Assembly: GCA_963699545.1 (NCBI GenBank)
Contig: CAVOUE010000006.1
Coordinates: 32,001 to 96,000 of the forward strand
Direction of reading: 5' to 3'
Length of the DNA: 64,000 nt
Source: Nitrospirota bacterium
GTDB lineage: Bacteria > Nitrospirota > Thermodesulfovibrionia > Thermodesulfovibrionales > UBA9159
Positions 22,871-32,644 of this stretch are shown here, piece by piece. The number at the start of each line of letters is the position of its first letter. Position 1 is the first letter of the stretch. The position numbers and the translations under genes are program-made. The notes under the pieces are model-generated. The model saw only the letters and a list, made by a program, of their open reading frames with translations, searched no databases and was not told the DNA's origin.

Positions 22871-23281
22871 ATGGATCGGTTCGTGAAGAATTTTATCGGG
22901 ATGAGTATCATCTATCTCTTTATCGCGTCACTCTTCGGCATCGCGATGCTTGCTCAGCCTTCCCTGCTTGCGATGAAGTTTGTCCATTCCCACCTGAACA
23001 TGCTCGGATGGGTATCCATGATGATCTTTGGTGTCGGCTATCACATCCTGCCGAGGTTCACCGGAAAGCCCCTCAAGAGCCCGAGGACAGGAGAGGTACA
23101 GTTCTGGCTTGCCAACATCGGTCTCATCGGGATGCTCCTTTTCTACGCCCTCATGAGCCTTCATCCGGAAGTGAGTATGTACAAAGGGTTGACCGTTGCC
23201 TTCGGTCTTGTCGAGACGGTTTCCGTGTTCTTATTCTTCTACAATATGCTCGCAACGATCTACGCACCATCAGAGGCGTAA
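22871..23281 (+). CDS. 4-TM membrane protein with HxHLN motif (heme-copper oxidase subunit I-like / NnrS-like fragment family)
   Basis: FVHSHLNMLGWVSMMIFGVGYHILPRFTGKPL, QFWLANIGLIG; GAGGAGG SD. Confidence 0.75.
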   Translation: MDRFVKNFIGMSIIYLFIASLFGIAMLAQPSLLAMKFVHSHLNMLGWVSMMIFGVGYHILPRFTGKPLKSPRTGEVQFWLANIGLIGMLLFYALMSLHPEVSMYKGLTVAFGLVETVSVFLFFYNMLATIYAPSEA

Positions 23282-23294
23282 CACAGAACAGGTA

Positions 23295-23322
23295 GCGGTG
23301 GGGCTAGGGTTACGCCCACCGC
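23295..23322. terminator. Hairpin between convergent genes
   Basis: GCGGTGGG...CCCACCGC inverted repeat between stops at 23281 and 23324. Confidence 0.5.
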
Positions 23323-23323
23323 C

Positions 23324-23620
23324 TCACTTTGTCCGCTGAAATATCTCTATACTGTCGTCGAACTCCAGAGGGTCCAAACTCTTGACCGCCCTGCCGTTTC
23401 GCGTAAATTCCATCCCGTTGCTGAGTGAGATGATATCGCCTTCACGCTTACCCGTAACTCCGGATATGCCGCAGACATCCAGGATATAATCCACGGCGTA
23501 CAATTCACCGATCAAGAAAAAATCGTCAAGGTTCCTGATCTCGGACGATCCGGCGCAAACGGCGATGCCGGATAAAGCGAACGTGATCACAAGTAAAGAT
23601 GCAATGGTTCTAGCCTTCAT
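23324..23620 (-). CDS. Hypothetical exported protein
   Basis: MKARTIASLLVITFALSGIAVCA signal-peptide-like start; ORF track extends to GTG 23653. Confidence 0.55.
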   Translation of the reverse strand: MKARTIASLLVITFALSGIAVCAGSSEIRNLDDFFLIGELYAVDYILDVCGISGVTGKREGDIISLSNGMEFTRNGRAVKSLDPLEFDDSIEIFQRTK

Positions 23621-23652
23621 CCGATCCTTCTCCATGAAAAAGAAGCTGTCCA

Positions 23653-24510
23653 CTATGTCCTGTTCTCATCATTCTTGTCTTCCATCCATCTATTATATGC
23701 TCCGGGGTCTTCCTTTTTCAGACATTCGGGGCAAATGCCGTGCGTGAAATCTGCGTCGGAACGTTGACGGATATAGTTTTCGAGCTTATCCCAGTAGCCT
23801 CTGTCATCGCGCACCTTCTTGCACCAGGCGCAGACAGGAAGAAGGCCCTTCAATGTTTTGACATTGGCGAGCGCATCCTGAAGCTTGCTAATAAGTTTTT
23901 CCCGCTCCTTCTCGGCCAGCCTGCGCTCAGTGACATTCCTGGTTATTCCCAATGAAGCGTATATGTCGCCGTTCGTGTTACGTAGCGGCACCGCATGGGT
24001 CTCCAGCCGGAGACGTCCACCCTTCAGACCGATCATCTCAAACTCCATGATACCCGACTCGCCCGAGAAATTTCTTTCTGTGAGCGATCTGAATTCCTCC
24101 CGATATTCCGGAGCGATCAACGCATAGACAGATTGACTCTTCACATCGTCGAAAGAATCGGCTTCAATCATCGCGAGGCCTGCGCGGTTCATGTGAAGCA
24201 GGCTTCCATCCCGGGAAAGAAGCTTAACGCACTCAGGCTCCGTCTCAATGATCGTCTGAAGATGGTTTTGGCTCTTTCGCAGTTCTTCCTCGGCGCGCCG
24301 CTGCTTGGAGAAAGCCCGCGCGGTGAAGATACCATAGGCGATAAAACAGGCGGAAGCAAGCAAACGAAAAGTAACTTCTTTCCTGTTGAATAATAAGACG
24401 TACACAAATGGCTCGCCATAATGCTCTGAATAATCGACTATGGCATCGGCTATCCAGAAAGTCAACGCAATAATAACCGAAACGATGATTATGCTGTGCT
24501 CACTCTTCAT
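23653..24510 (-). CDS. Membrane PAS-domain protein with C-terminal Cys/His motif
   Basis: Two TM helices, PAS/PAC (IETEPECVKLL...LETHAVPLR...GITRNVTERR), C-terminal GLLPVCAWCKKVRDDRGYW...FTHGICPEC; no kinase domain. Confidence 0.85.
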   Translation of the reverse strand: MKSEHSIIIVSVIIALTFWIADAIVDYSEHYGEPFVYVLLFNRKEVTFRLLASACFIAYGIFTARAFSKQRRAEEELRKSQNHLQTIIETEPECVKLLSRDGSLLHMNRAGLAMIEADSFDDVKSQSVYALIAPEYREEFRSLTERNFSGESGIMEFEMIGLKGGRLRLETHAVPLRNTNGDIYASLGITRNVTERRLAEKEREKLISKLQDALANVKTLKGLLPVCAWCKKVRDDRGYWDKLENYIRQRSDADFTHGICPECLKKEDPGAYNRWMEDKNDENRT

Positions 24511-24613
24511 CGCTGCGACCCAGAAGAGAGTAGACGGTGAATCGTACTACAATACCCTTCAGTCACCGGGTGCACGTTTCTTGTCCTTCGTTGTCTTCAC
24601 ACCTGTCTGCACC

Positions 24614-24877
24614 TTAGTTATAGCTTACTAATGCCGGTCTGATATGCTTATGATCCGGCAGGAATGACGTAGTACGCCCGAGAATGCCATTTCTTTCCAA
24701 TATCCTTAGGAGAGTGCTTTGATCGATACAGCTCATCCCGGCCATCCCGGCAGCCAGCGTGAACGCTTCTCCGGCAAAGAATTCCCCACTTTCTCGCCTG
24801 AAAACGGGACTCCACAGATCTTCGATCGCTTGCAAGATGATCGCCGCTGCAAGATTTCTTACCCTCATAGCGTTCAT
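24614..24877 (-). CDS. Hypothetical protein
   Basis: GGAGGGGG SD before ATG 24877; RNLAAAIILQAIEDLW helical motif. Confidence 0.55.
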   Translation of the reverse strand: MNAMRVRNLAAAIILQAIEDLWSPVFRRESGEFFAGEAFTLAAGMAGMSCIDQSTLLRILERNGILGRTTSFLPDHKHIRPALVSYN

Positions 24878-25091
24878 TCCCCCTCCGCGCAAATGATTGC
24901 AAGAGATATACCAGCTGCTGCATGACAGGTGAGCATTTGAGGAACTCATTAGATTCTCTACGTATTTTGCGTTTCTTACTCCTTTTTTGCCGGTGCAGCC
25001 GCATCGGGCTGCAAAGAAAGGTACTCAAGAGATGGGGGTTTTCCCGATTTCCGTGTGAAATTCTCGCGCTTCGCCCTTTGAGCGAACGCCG

Positions 25092-25763
25092 TTAGTAGCA
25101 GAGGGCTGTGAGCTTTTCGAGGTTCCTTATGATGATCCTGCCTTCCTTCTCGGCCACAATCCCCATCTTCTTTAGCTTGGACATGGTTCGTATGGAGGTC
25201 TCGACCGTAGTGCCGACCATCTCGGCGATATCCTGCTTGGTGAGTTTCATATCGATAACAGTTCCCTCGTCGGTTTTTTGCCCGGTCTTATCGCCCAACT
25301 TAAGAAGAAGGGATGCGATGCGCGCCTCTACCCGTTCCAGCGCTATGTTCTTCAAGGTCTCATGAGATTCCTTCATCCTGTCCCCCACCTGCTGCGCCAT
25401 GCAATACATGAGATTCGGGAAGCGGTCCAGGACCCGCATGAGATTGGACCGGGAGATCTTCAGGAGCCTGGTGTCCTCCATGGCGACGGCATTGGCGGGA
25501 TAGGGGAATCCACGGATCACTGCAAGCCCTCCGAAGAAATCCATGGGATGGATAAGCTCAAGGATGATCTCCTTGCCGTCTTGGGAGAGTTTTGTGATCT
25601 TCACCTTCCCTTCGGTGACAATGTAGAGCCACTCCGAGGGATCTCCCTCGGAAAAGATCACCTCTTTTTTCCTGACCGATGCAGCAATGAGATAAGGGGT
25701 GAGTTCTTTGAGTTCAGAGGGGCTGAGGGCGCTGAATAGGGATATCTTGCCGAGGTCGATCAT
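25092..25763 (-). CDS. Crp/Fnr-family transcriptional regulator (Dnr/HcpR-like, no FNR Cys cluster)
   Basis: cNMP-binding-fold IFSEGD...GKVKITK...YPANAVAME; HTH LTKQDIAEMVGTTVETSIRTMSKL. Confidence 0.92.
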   Translation of the reverse strand: MIDLGKISLFSALSPSELKELTPYLIAASVRKKEVIFSEGDPSEWLYIVTEGKVKITKLSQDGKEIILELIHPMDFFGGLAVIRGFPYPANAVAMEDTRLLKISRSNLMRVLDRFPNLMYCMAQQVGDRMKESHETLKNIALERVEARIASLLLKLGDKTGQKTDEGTVIDMKLTKQDIAEMVGTTVETSIRTMSKLKKMGIVAEKEGRIIIRNLEKLTALCY

Positions 25764-25779
25764 CAGGGCGTACAGGGAC

Positions 25780-26268
25780 TCATTTTTTCTTTACGCCTTC
25801 CCGGGCAATGGCAACCTTTCCCGTTCTTACAAACTCCTTAATGCCCATAGGCTTCATCAGCTCGATGAACGCCTCTGTCTTTTTCTCGTCTCCCGTAATC
25901 TCTATGGTATAGGTCTTTTGGCTTGAGTCCACTATGCGGCCGCGGAAGATCTCGGTAATACTCAAGACCTCAGCCTTATCCTGCTGCCTCGGGGCGACCT
26001 TTACCAGCACCATCTCCCGCTCCACATGCTCCAGTTCTTTCATATCGGTGACCTTGATCACATCAATGAGCTTGTTAAGCTGTTTCGTAATCTGCTCGAT
26101 GATCTGGTCATCTCCCGTGGTCACGATGGTCATGACAGAGACCTGGGGGTCTATGGTCTCACCCACGGACAGGCTTTCGATATTGTAGCCCCTTCCGCTA
26201 AAGAGACCTGAAACTCTCGACAGGACGCCGAATTTGTTCTCCACAAGAACGGATATTGTATGTCTCAT
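25780..26268 (-). CDS. ilvN: Acetolactate synthase small subunit
   Basis: [44 protein letters not shown]. Confidence 0.97.
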   Translation of the reverse strand: MRHTISVLVENKFGVLSRVSGLFSGRGYNIESLSVGETIDPQVSVMTIVTTGDDQIIEQITKQLNKLIDVIKVTDMKELEHVEREMVLVKVAPRQQDKAEVLSITEIFRGRIVDSSQKTYTIEITGDEKKTEAFIELMKPMGIKEFVRTGKVAIAREGVKKK

Positions 26269-26278
26269 GCGGTTCTCC

Positions 26279-28009
26279 TTACTTCACTGCCTTGAGCTTC
26301 TTCTCAGGCTTCTTCTCCGGTTCCTCAAAAAGCATATGGTCGATGGGTGCGCCGGCAGGCACCATGGGATAAACCTTTTCCTTCCAGTTGATCACGAAGT
26401 CCATGAACACGGGCTTATGTATCTTGAACGCTTCCTTCAGCACGGGCTCAACCTCGGAGGGTTTGGTTGCCCGCAGGCCCACAGCAGTGTATGCGTGGGC
26501 GATCTCTACGAAATCGGGCACCACGTCGAGGTGGCTGTATGAATACCTCTCGTTATAGAAGAGCTCCTGCCACTGCCTCACCATTCCCAGGTACCGGTTG
26601 TTCAGAATCGCCACTTTTACCGGGAGTTTGTTTATCACCGCTGTCGCAAGTTCCTGGATGTTCATCTGGATGCTCCCGTCACCTGCGATATCGATCACCA
26701 GTTTGTTCGGGAAGGCAAGCTGGGCGCCGATGGCAGCGGGGAACCCATAGCCCATGGTCCCAAGCCCTCCGGAGCTCAACCACGTCCGGGGCTTGTCGTA
26801 CTTGTAGAACTGGGCTGCCCACATCTGGTTCTGGCCGACCTCTGTGGTTATGATCGCGTCACCCTTGGTGAGCTCGTAGATCTTTTCCACTACAAACTGC
26901 GGTTTTATCAACTCATCGCTCCAGGTGTAGGTCATGGGCCTCTCGGCCTTCCAATCCTCCATCTGTTTGAGCCATACCTTCCTCACTTCACCCCACTGTT
27001 CCTTCACCTCTTCCTTGAGTACCTTGTTCAGCACGGTAAGGACCCTCTTTACATCGCCCACAATGGGAACATCCACCCGTATGTTCTTTCTGATGGATGT
27101 CGGGTCTATATCGATATGCACGATCTTCGCGTGGGGAGCAAAGGCATCTACCTTCCCGGTGACCCTGTCGTCAAAGCGCATTCCGATGGCTATGAGGAGA
27201 TCGGATTCCTGGACCGCCTTGTTCGCATAGTAGGTCCCGTGCATACCGAGCATGCCCAGGGAAAGGTCGTGGGTTCCTGGAAAGCCGCCAAGGCCCATGA
27301 GGGTCATGGTCACGGGTACCTCGGCATGTTCGGCAAGCTCCCTGAGCTCCTTGTGAGCGCCGGAGGAGATCACGCCGCCGCCTGCAATGATCACCGGCTT
27401 CTTTGCCTTGGCAATGGCGTGGGCTGCCTGGGTGATCATCCACTTGTTGCCTTCGTAGGTCGGTTTATAGCTCCTCATGTCCAGCTCAGGCCAGGTAAAC
27501 TCTGTCTTGCCGGACGTCACATCCTTGGGAAGGTCTATGAGCACCGGCCCGGGCCTTCCGGTGGTTGCAATGTGGAAGGCCTCTTTGATGATCCTCGACA
27601 GGTCGTTCACATCTTTTACCAGGTAATTATATTTTGTGCACGGCCTCGTAATGCCGACGATGTCCGCCTCCTGGAACGCGTCATTCCCGATAAGCATGGT
27701 CGGCACCTGGCCGGACAACACCACAAGGGGGATCGAGTCCATGGAGGCCGTTGCGATCCCGGTCACGGTATTGGTGGCGCCGGGTCCCGATGTGACAAGG
27801 GCAACCCCGGCCTTTCCGGTTGCCCTTGCATAGCCGTCGGCTGCGTGAATGGCGCCCTGTTCATGCCGCGTAAGGATCAGCTGGATATCCTTGTTGTCAT
27901 AAAGAAAGTCGAAGAGATGCAGCACTACACCGCCGGGATAGCCGAAGATATGCCTGACCCCTTCTCTTTTCAGAGACTCGATAATGATTTCAGATCCCGT
28001 GACCTTCAT
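26279..28009 (-). CDS. ilvB: Acetolactate synthase large subunit
   Basis: [47 protein letters not shown] motif. Confidence 0.97.
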   Translation of the reverse strand: MKVTGSEIIIESLKREGVRHIFGYPGGVVLHLFDFLYDNKDIQLILTRHEQGAIHAADGYARATGKAGVALVTSGPGATNTVTGIATASMDSIPLVVLSGQVPTMLIGNDAFQEADIVGITRPCTKYNYLVKDVNDLSRIIKEAFHIATTGRPGPVLIDLPKDVTSGKTEFTWPELDMRSYKPTYEGNKWMITQAAHAIAKAKKPVIIAGGGVISSGAHKELRELAEHAEVPVTMTLMGLGGFPGTHDLSLGMLGMHGTYYANKAVQESDLLIAIGMRFDDRVTGKVDAFAPHAKIVHIDIDPTSIRKNIRVDVPIVGDVKRVLTVLNKVLKEEVKEQWGEVRKVWLKQMEDWKAERPMTYTWSDELIKPQFVVEKIYELTKGDAIITTEVGQNQMWAAQFYKYDKPRTWLSSGGLGTMGYGFPAAIGAQLAFPNKLVIDIAGDGSIQMNIQELATAVINKLPVKVAILNNRYLGMVRQWQELFYNERYSYSHLDVVPDFVEIAHAYTAVGLRATKPSEVEPVLKEAFKIHKPVFMDFVINWKEKVYPMVPAGAPIDHMLFEEPEKKPEKKLKAVK

Positions 28010-28144
28010 GGATAATATGCTCCTTTAAAGTTTAACCATTGTAACAAAACACCGGGCAAAATGGAATACACGTCTGATCCTTTCGGCTGAACGAATACAA
28101 ATCCTGGATACCACACACACGAACCATTCGTGGCATGCCCTTTC

Positions 28145-29798
28145 CTATTTCATCACTGCCCCTTTTCCCGCTGAAGTGACCATCCTCGCGTATCGTGAGA
28201 GATACCCCTTCGTTATCTTCGGTTTCGGCGCCCTCCACCGGGAAAGCCTCTTCTTGATCTCTTCGTCGGGAACCAGCAGGTCTATCTTCCTCTTTGTAAT
28301 ATCAATGCGGATCCTGTTCTCCATCGCGGATCACTGCAATGGGCCCGCCTTCCATGGCCTCAGGTGAGATATGTCCTATGCAGGGGCCCCTTGTACCGCC
28401 CGAGAACCTGCCGTCAGTGATAAGGGCAACCGATTCGCTCAGCCCCATCCCGGCAATGGTTGCCGTGGGGGACAGCATCTCTCTCATGCCCGGACCTCCC
28501 CTCGGCCCCTCGTATCTGATGACCACAACGTCCCCGGACCGGATCTTTCCTGCGAGGATCGCCTTCATGCCTGCATCCTCGGAGTTGTAGACCTTTGCGG
28601 TCCCTTCGAATTGCATCACGTTTTCCGACACGGCGGACTGCTTCACCACAGCGCCGTCAGGGGCGAGGTTTCCGCGGAGAATGGCGATACCGCCCTGTTT
28701 ATGATAGGCCTTATTCAAAGGCCTGATCACGTCCTCGTCAAAAACGACGGCCGAATCCGCTATCTCGAATATCCGCTTCCCGCTGACAGTAATAGCGTCG
28801 TTGAGGCCTTGTCTGAGCCTCTTCAGGACAGCAGGGATGCCCCCCGCATGATCAAGGTCTTCCATATAGTGTTGCCCGCCGGGGATCATGTTCGCAATAT
28901 GAGGGGTCTTTCTGCCGATCGCATCAAAGGTCTCAAGGGGAAGGCCGATGCCGGCCTCGTGGGCCATGGCAGGGATATGCAGGGCAGTGTTGGTCGAGCC
29001 GCCCAGGGCAAGGTCCACCATGATGGCGTTCTCGAAGGCCTTCTTTGTCATGATCTTCCTCGGTGTTATGTTCTTCCTCACAAGCTCCACTACCCGCCTC
29101 CCGCTCTCAAAGGCTATCCTCCTCTTGTTCGCGGAGACGGCCAGCTCCGTAGCGCATTTCGGAAGGCTCATGCCGAGGGCTTCCGTGACACACGCCATGG
29201 TGTTCGCCGTGTACATCCCCTGACAGGAACCGGCTCCCGGGCAGGCGCACATCTCCAGGGCCTGCATTTCTTCGTCCTTTATCAATCCCTTCTTGTATTT
29301 CCCGACCGCCTCAAAAGTGTCGCTGGTAAGGTTAAGTCTCCTGTTCTTGTAATGGCCGGAGAGCATCGGACCCGCTGTGACCACAATGGACGGAATATTG
29401 ATCCTCGCCGCGGCCATGAGCATGCCAGGGGTTATCTTGTCACAATTGGTCAGGAGTACCAGTCCGTCCAGCTGATGGGCCTGTGCAACGGTCTCGACCA
29501 TGTCAGCAATGAGTTCCCGGGAAGGCAACGAATAGTGCATCCCCGAATGCCCCATGGCTATGCCGTCGCAAATGCCCGGAATGCCGAAAAAAAAGGGCCA
29601 GCCGCCGCCCGTATGGACGCCTTTCTCGATAAATCGCTCAAGGTCCCGCATGCCTATGTGGCCGGGAATGATGTCGGTAAAACTCGTTGCGACACCGATG
29701 AACGGCTTGTTCATCTCTGTCTTCGGAATTCCGGTGGCGTATAACAGCGCCCTATGCGGAACCCGCTCAAGCCCCTTTTTGATCTTCGCGCTTCTCAC
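28145..29798 (-). CDS. ilvD: Dihydroxy-acid dehydratase (frameshift near 28320)
   Basis: [41 protein letters not shown]-terminus ...[20 protein letters not shown] in another frame ending 28145. Confidence 0.95.
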
Positions 29799-29858
29799 AG
29801 TAAAAGATACCTCCTCTGCTTTATTATGAAAAACTGACCTTCCCCTTTGATAAAGAAT

Positions 29859-29933
29859 AGGGTTCGAGGGGTCGGTGTCTCTTTTCGCTTCAGCGAATCA
29901 GCCGAGGCTGAGAATCCCTGCCCCTTGAACCCT
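29859..29933. repeat. Branched palindromic intergenic element
   Basis: Outer arms AGGGTTCGAGGGG / CCCCTTGAACCCT enclosing hairpins TTCGCTTCAGCGAA and TCAGCCGAGGCTGA; arm motif recurs at 51946-51980. Confidence 0.55.
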
Positions 29934-29951
29934 TCTTCCTGCCGCCGTCCT

Positions 29952-30179
29952 TTAATGTGCGTGGCTCTTCCTGTACTCCCTGATACACTCCGCCATCCTG
30001 TCTTTTTTGCTTAATTTGAGTTTCTGAAGCTTTTTCCGCTCCATCTCTTCATCCGCCGAAAGATACACCTTCCTGTCCATCTCTGCCAGGAGCGACTTGA
30101 GGCTCTTGTGTTCTTCATCCAGTTTCTTGAATTCCTCGTTTTCCCTCCTGAGCAGTTCCTTGATTTCCTCGTCGTTCAA
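29952..30179 (-). CDS. DUF465 (YdcH-like) coiled-coil protein
   Basis: EFKKLDEEHKSLK...LQKLKLSKKD pattern, AAAGGAGG SD before TTG. Confidence 0.8.
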   Translation of the reverse strand: MNDEEIKELLRRENEEFKKLDEEHKSLKSLLAEMDRKVYLSADEEMERKKLQKLKLSKKDRMAECIREYRKSHAH

Positions 30180-30212
30180 TGCATCCTCCTTTCCTGCCAG
30201 AGGGTGAACCCC

Positions 30213-31592
30213 TCAGGCACCCTTGTTTTTTGTTCCTGCCGTCAATTCCCCTGCAAGCCTGTTTGAATTCTCTATGCAGTCATTCACGCTTATACCACGG
30301 TATGAGTTGCCCGCAAGATAGAGCCCTTTGTATCGGACCAGCAGCCTCTCCAGGGTCTCAAGTCTTCCCTGATGCCCAATGGTGTATTGAGGGATCGCCT
30401 TCTCATGGACATAGACCCTTGCGAAATCAGGTTGTACCCTTATGCCCATAATATCTCCCAGCTCCGCCGTAACGGTGTCGATGAGCTTATTTTCATCCTG
30501 CATTGCCACCTGAGATGCCCGGGTCCCGCCCAGCATCGATCTCAGGAGGACATATCCCTCGGGCGCCCTGTTCGGGAAAATACTGGAGTCCCACAGCGTC
30601 CCAAGGATTCTCCTCCCTTCCCTGAAGGGCACAAGGAAACCAAAACCGTCCAGGCTGCGTCCGATCCTCTCCTTTTTGTAGCCGACACAGACGACAGACA
30701 CCGTCGGATAGGGAATCTCCGAAAGGGTCCGGGAAAGAGAATGGTCGAAGTCCTTGACTATCTCGGATGTGGCATGTGCGGGTGATGCTATCACCACACA
30801 ATCCGATTCCAGGCTCGACCCATCCTGAAGATGCACTGTATAGCGACCCCCGTTCCTGGCCAATGACGTAACTTTGCTGCGAGGTCTGACCCTTTCACCA
30901 AGGGAATCTCTCAGGGCGAGAATGAAGGTTCCCATACCATCAAAAAAGGAGGTCAATACCCCACCGGGCCCAGGCCCGGGGCCGGTCCGCCCCTCTTTTT
31001 TTGCCTTTATCTGGAGCCTGATCAACGCCCCGATGAGGCTGCCGTATTCGGTTTCCAGCTGGTTGATCCTGGGGAAACAACTCTTCAGACTCAACGCCTC
31101 GGGATCTCCCGCATAGATCCCTGATGCCATCGGGTCGATCAATTTTTCAAAGGCCTCTTTCCCGAGTCTCCTTCTCCCGAACTCGGCAAGGCTTTCGTCC
31201 GCCTTCGTGCCCCTGGGCGCAAACATCTCGTAGAGTATCCTGAGCCGGCCCCATACACTCAACAGATCCGACTTAAAAAAGGCAGGAGGCGATTCGGGAA
31301 GGGGATGCAGTTTCCCGTTGGAGAAGATGAAACGTTTTCTCGCTGCGTCATTGCTCTTGATGGGGCTCAATGACAGGGATGCTGCAAGTTCAAGGGTCCT
31401 GGGCTTGTTGTTCAGGAAGCCGTTCACTCCACCTTCGCACAGGAATCCGTCCGCCCTGTCGGTCCATATCTTGCCTCCCAGACGTCCCCCGGCCTCCAGT
31501 ACGACGAGATCCGGAGACGGATCCCGTTTGTGCAACAGGTACGCGAGGGATAATCCTGATATCCCCCCTCCCACAATGATTATCCTGTCCAT
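30213..31592 (-). CDS. hemG: HemY-type (copro/proto)porphyrinogen oxidase
   Basis: IIVGGGISGL FAD motif, GIYAGDPEALS, GFGFLVP, AIPQYTIGH, GISVNDC; follows hemH. Confidence 0.92.
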   Translation of the reverse strand: MDRIIIVGGGISGLSLAYLLHKRDPSPDLVVLEAGGRLGGKIWTDRADGFLCEGGVNGFLNNKPRTLELAASLSLSPIKSNDAARKRFIFSNGKLHPLPESPPAFFKSDLLSVWGRLRILYEMFAPRGTKADESLAEFGRRRLGKEAFEKLIDPMASGIYAGDPEALSLKSCFPRINQLETEYGSLIGALIRLQIKAKKEGRTGPGPGPGGVLTSFFDGMGTFILALRDSLGERVRPRSKVTSLARNGGRYTVHLQDGSSLESDCVVIASPAHATSEIVKDFDHSLSRTLSEIPYPTVSVVCVGYKKERIGRSLDGFGFLVPFREGRRILGTLWDSSIFPNRAPEGYVLLRSMLGGTRASQVAMQDENKLIDTVTAELGDIMGIRVQPDFARVYVHEKAIPQYTIGHQGRLETLERLLVRYKGLYLAGNSYRGISVNDCIENSNRLAGELTAGTKNKGA

Positions 31593-32605
31593 CCCAGCTT
31601 CCTGGTTCTTGTCATCACGATCTCCTTTAGGGCCCGGATAAACAAAGGATTCGTATTCAGGGACCCTGCCCTGATGAGTTTCATACCGAACATGTCAGCC
31701 AGCCGCTTATATAATATATCAATTTCATAGAGGGTTTCTATATGGTCCGATACAAAACTTATGGGCACCACCAGAAGGTTCTTCACTCCTTCCCCGGCAA
31801 GTTCCTTAATCTTCTCTTCAGTGGACGGACCGAGCCACTTTACCGGGCCGCTTTTGCTCTGGTACGAAAGGTGCCACCTGCCCCCCGTCTCTTTCACTAC
31901 CTCTTCAATAGTGGCCTTTATGTGGGAAACATAGGGGTCGCCGGCTTCCACGATGCTCATGGGCAGACTGTGGGCGCTGAAGAGCACCTCTGCACCGTCC
32001 CCGAATAATTTCAGTCCCTTCCTGATGCTCTCAACAAGGGACTCGACATAGAGTGGATGGTCATACCACGAAGAAATACTGGATGACTCCATGGGATATT
32101 CTCTGATCACTTGCTGAAACCTCTCCATGGCAGAGCCTGTGGTGGCAAGGGAATAATGAGGGTAAAGGCTTATCGCCAGGACCCGTCTTATCCCCTCATC
32201 ACGCATCTGTCTCACTGAATCCTCAATGAAGGGTCGCCAATACCGCATGCCGACATAAACTCCAAATCCTCCCTCACCCCACTTTACCAAAGGAGAGGTG
32301 GGGCGGTTATCAGTGACTGACTGCTGACTGCCGGCTGCTGACTCTTTGTTTAACGCTCTTTCAAGCGCGCCGGCCTGAGCTCTGGTGATGTCAAGTATGG
32401 GGGATTTCCCTCCGATGAGACGATACATGGCTTCCGTCTTTCTTGAGCGAAGGCTTGAGATAAGCCACGCCGTGGGCTTCTGGAGGAACGGGGGTCCCAG
32501 CTTTATAATCTTCCTGTCAGAGAAGAGGTTATAAAGAAACGGCCTGACCGCCCGAACAGAATCAGGCCCTCCGAGATTAAGAAGAAGTATGCCTATGGTT
32601 CTGAT
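31580..32605 (-). CDS. hemH: Ferrochelatase; apparent ATC start
   Basis: GILLLNLGGPDS...RPFLYNLFSDRKII in frame upstream of track ORF, GGKSP, GMRYWRP, FSAHSLP, SYQS, PISFVSDHIETLYEID; no ATG/GTG/TTG between upstream in-frame stop and conserved N-terminus. Confidence 0.93.
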   Translation of the reverse strand: MRTIGILLLNLGGPDSVRAVRPFLYNLFSDRKIIKLGPPFLQKPTAWLISSLRSRKTEAMYRLIGGKSPILDITRAQAGALERALNKESAAGSQQSVTDNRPTSPLVKWGEGGFGVYVGMRYWRPFIEDSVRQMRDEGIRRVLAISLYPHYSLATTGSAMERFQQVIREYPMESSSISSWYDHPLYVESLVESIRKGLKLFGDGAEVLFSAHSLPMSIVEAGDPYVSHIKATIEEVVKETGGRWHLSYQSKSGPVKWLGPSTEEKIKELAGEGVKNLLVVPISFVSDHIETLYEIDILYKRLADMFGMKLIRAGSLNTNPLFIRALKEIVMTRTRKLGWTG

Positions 32606-32644
32606 CTCGGATACCTCTGGCCCTTTCTGAAATAATCCCCACCC

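Noticed and set aside
28010-28144. Leader-peptide attenuator for ilvB
   Set aside because: No short Ile/Leu/Val-rich ORF with terminator seen in the ilvD-ilvB spacer.
27116-29744. Long plus-strand ORFs 27116..28015 and 28371..29744 (and similar ones such as 8074..8964, 10122..11090)
   Set aside because: Antisense shadows of well-supported genes in GC-rich DNA; no family motifs.
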